The translations under genes were made by a program, and so were the position numbers. Positions 25,749 through 27,108 of a DNA stretch of 27,108 nt are shown here, in pieces (within the stretch, counting starts at the first letter, position 1; each line of letters starts with the position of its first letter). The notes beneath the pieces were generated by a model. The model was not told the origin of the DNA, searched no databases, and saw only the letters and a program-made list of their open reading frames with translations. Origin of the DNA: Candidatus Thorarchaeota archaeon (lineage in GTDB: Archaea > Asgardarchaeota > Thorarchaeia > Thorarchaeales > Thorarchaeaceae); assembly GCA_016839445.1 (NCBI GenBank), contig JAEOUG010000159.1, forward strand, positions 1 through 27,108. The letters are read 5' to 3'.

Positions 25749-27107
25749 CTATGGGAAGAACACAGATGCAGCCTGTCTAGCGTAACTGAGTACAAGATCG
25801 GGGACGAAGAACAATACCACGACCCCAATTGCACACAGTGCCACGGCCATCAGAGGAATGCGAGCTACGGCAAGCTCTGACTCATCTTTCGGCTGCATTA
25901 GATATGTGTACTTGATGACTCGCAGATAGTATCCCAGAGAGAAGACCGAGTTGATGGCACCTATGAGGGCAAGCCACCACAGGTTTGCCACGACTGCACT
26001 TCCAAGCAAGAAGATCACCTTGGACAGGAATCCGGCAGTGCCAGGCATCCCTGCCAATGAGAGAATCAGGATCGTCAGCAGAAGTGCGACCGTAGGAGAT
26101 CTCTTGCCAAGCCCTGCGAGGTCATCGTAGGTTACTGGTTTGGAGAGCCGCACGGCCATTGCCCAGACGAGTATGAACGTCGCAGTCTTCATGATGGCAT
26201 GAATCATTGCATGGAAGATTGCTGCAGTGAGTCCCAGTTCAGAGCCCGCCGCGATTCCGATGAACAGGTACCCCATCATCGCAATGCTGGAGTACGCCAG
26301 CATCCTCATTATGTCCTTCTGCGCGAGTGCCAGTACATTTCCTATGACCATGGTCAGGATGGAAACGGCAGCAATCAGTGGCATCCATTCGGTTCGAGTC
26401 ACGGCAAAGGAGAGCATCATTATCCGGACCAGTGCGCTGATTCCAGTCTTCTTGGAACTACCTGCCAGATAGGATGTCACGCTACCGTCAGCTGCAGAGT
26501 AGGCATCGGGCACCCATTGCCATCCAGGAAAGATGCCAACTTTGAACCCAAAGGACACAAGGAACATCACCATTGCCAATAACAGGGTGTACGCCGAGCT
26601 CTCCATCCCTGCAGGGCTTGCCCAGATGCCACCGACCGCTGTGCCTACCTCGGCAAGGGAGGTCGTGCCAGTCACACCGTATACGAGGGCGATGCCGAAG
26701 ATCAGCAGTGTGGTAGAGAGAAGACCCATCACGAAATACTTCGTAGCTCCATCGATACCTGCTCTGTTAGGGCTCAGGGCAACGAGGACATAGGTAGGAG
26801 TCGACATTAGCTCCCAAGCCAAGAACAGCGAGACAAGGTCGGTTGCCATGACGACCCACATTCCTCCTGCAAAGGACATCAGAAGGAGGAAGTTGTATGG
26901 GCCCTTGTCCCCTCCATAGAGAGTTGTAGACATGAGGACCAGAAAGCCCACCAGCAAGATGATGTAGATGAAGAAATCACTGAAGGCGTCGCGTATGAAG
27001 AGACCGCCGAAGGACTCCCCGTTGTAGTAGTCTGCAGGATTGAACAGCACCATCGAGAGAGAGGAGAGCACCATCCCGAGGAAGCTGAGAGGGAGTGGAT
27101 TGTGCTT
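25749..27107 (-). CDS. nuoN: NADH-quinone oxidoreductase subunit N (proton-pumping membrane subunit), 5' end beyond the window
   Basis: LFLAWELMS, ATKYFVMG, FKVGIFPGWQWVPDAY, MLAYSSIAMMGY, SLAGMPGTAGFLSK, SLGYYLRVI. The frame stays open to the window edge. Confidence 0.92.
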   Translation of the reverse strand, partial: KHNPLPLSFLGMVLSSLSMVLFNPADYYNGESFGGLFIRDAFSDFFIYIILLVGFLVLMSTTLYGGDKGPYNFLLLMSFAGGMWVVMATDLVSLFLAWELMSTPTYVLVALSPNRAGIDGATKYFVMGLLSTTLLIFGIALVYGVTGTTSLAEVGTAVGGIWASPAGMESSAYTLLLAMVMFLVSFGFKVGIFPGWQWVPDAYSAADGSVTSYLAGSSKKTGISALVRIMMLSFAVTRTEWMPLIAAVSILTMVIGNVLALAQKDIMRMLAYSSIAMMGYLFIGIAAGSELGLTAAIFHAMIHAIMKTATFILVWAMAVRLSKPVTYDDLAGLGKRSPTVALLLTILILSLAGMPGTAGFLSKVIFLLGSAVVANLWWLALIGAINSVFSLGYYLRVIKYTYLMQPKDESELAVARIPLMAVALCAIGVVVLFFVPDLVLSYARQAASVFFP

Positions 27108-27108
27108 C

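Overview
Densely coding archaeal window, most likely from an Asgard archaeon of the Thorarchaeia type. This is an inference from a Rab-like small GTPase without a prenylation motif, a large DUF4350/GIFT-like plus Ig-repeat surface glycoprotein, an archaeal single-OB SSB, an ADP-forming acyl-CoA synthetase alpha subunit and TATA-like boxes about 30-55 nt upstream of starts. I count 20 plausible CDSs. They are a GOLD/p24-like type I membrane protein, a small membrane protein, two tandem membrane-anchored penicillin-acylase (Ntn-hydrolase) paralogs, a knotted YgeW/ArgF'-like transcarbamylase, a double Zn-finger protein, a hypothetical protein, the surface protein, a divergent NUDIX / macrodomain / degenerate-macrodomain trio, a CoA-disulfide reductase/NADH oxidase, NAD+-dependent DNA ligase, a multi-domain membrane protein with Zn ribbon and putative winged helix, a PLP aminotransferase, SSB, a 2-phosphoglycerate kinase-like protein, an ACD alpha subunit, a PAS-GAF-PAS histidine kinase, the Rab-like GTPase and a 5'-truncated NuoN. 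No rRNA, tRNA, CRISPR array or mobile element was recognised. The best leads are the candidate ADP-ribose erasing/recycling module with a pseudo-macrodomain partner, a structured 225-nt intergenic element containing an unannotated SD-led 26-codon ORF, the orphan kinase next to the GTPase, the receptor-like Zn/wHTH membrane protein and the p24/GOLD-like protein. All family calls come from motifs recognised by eye; no searches were run.
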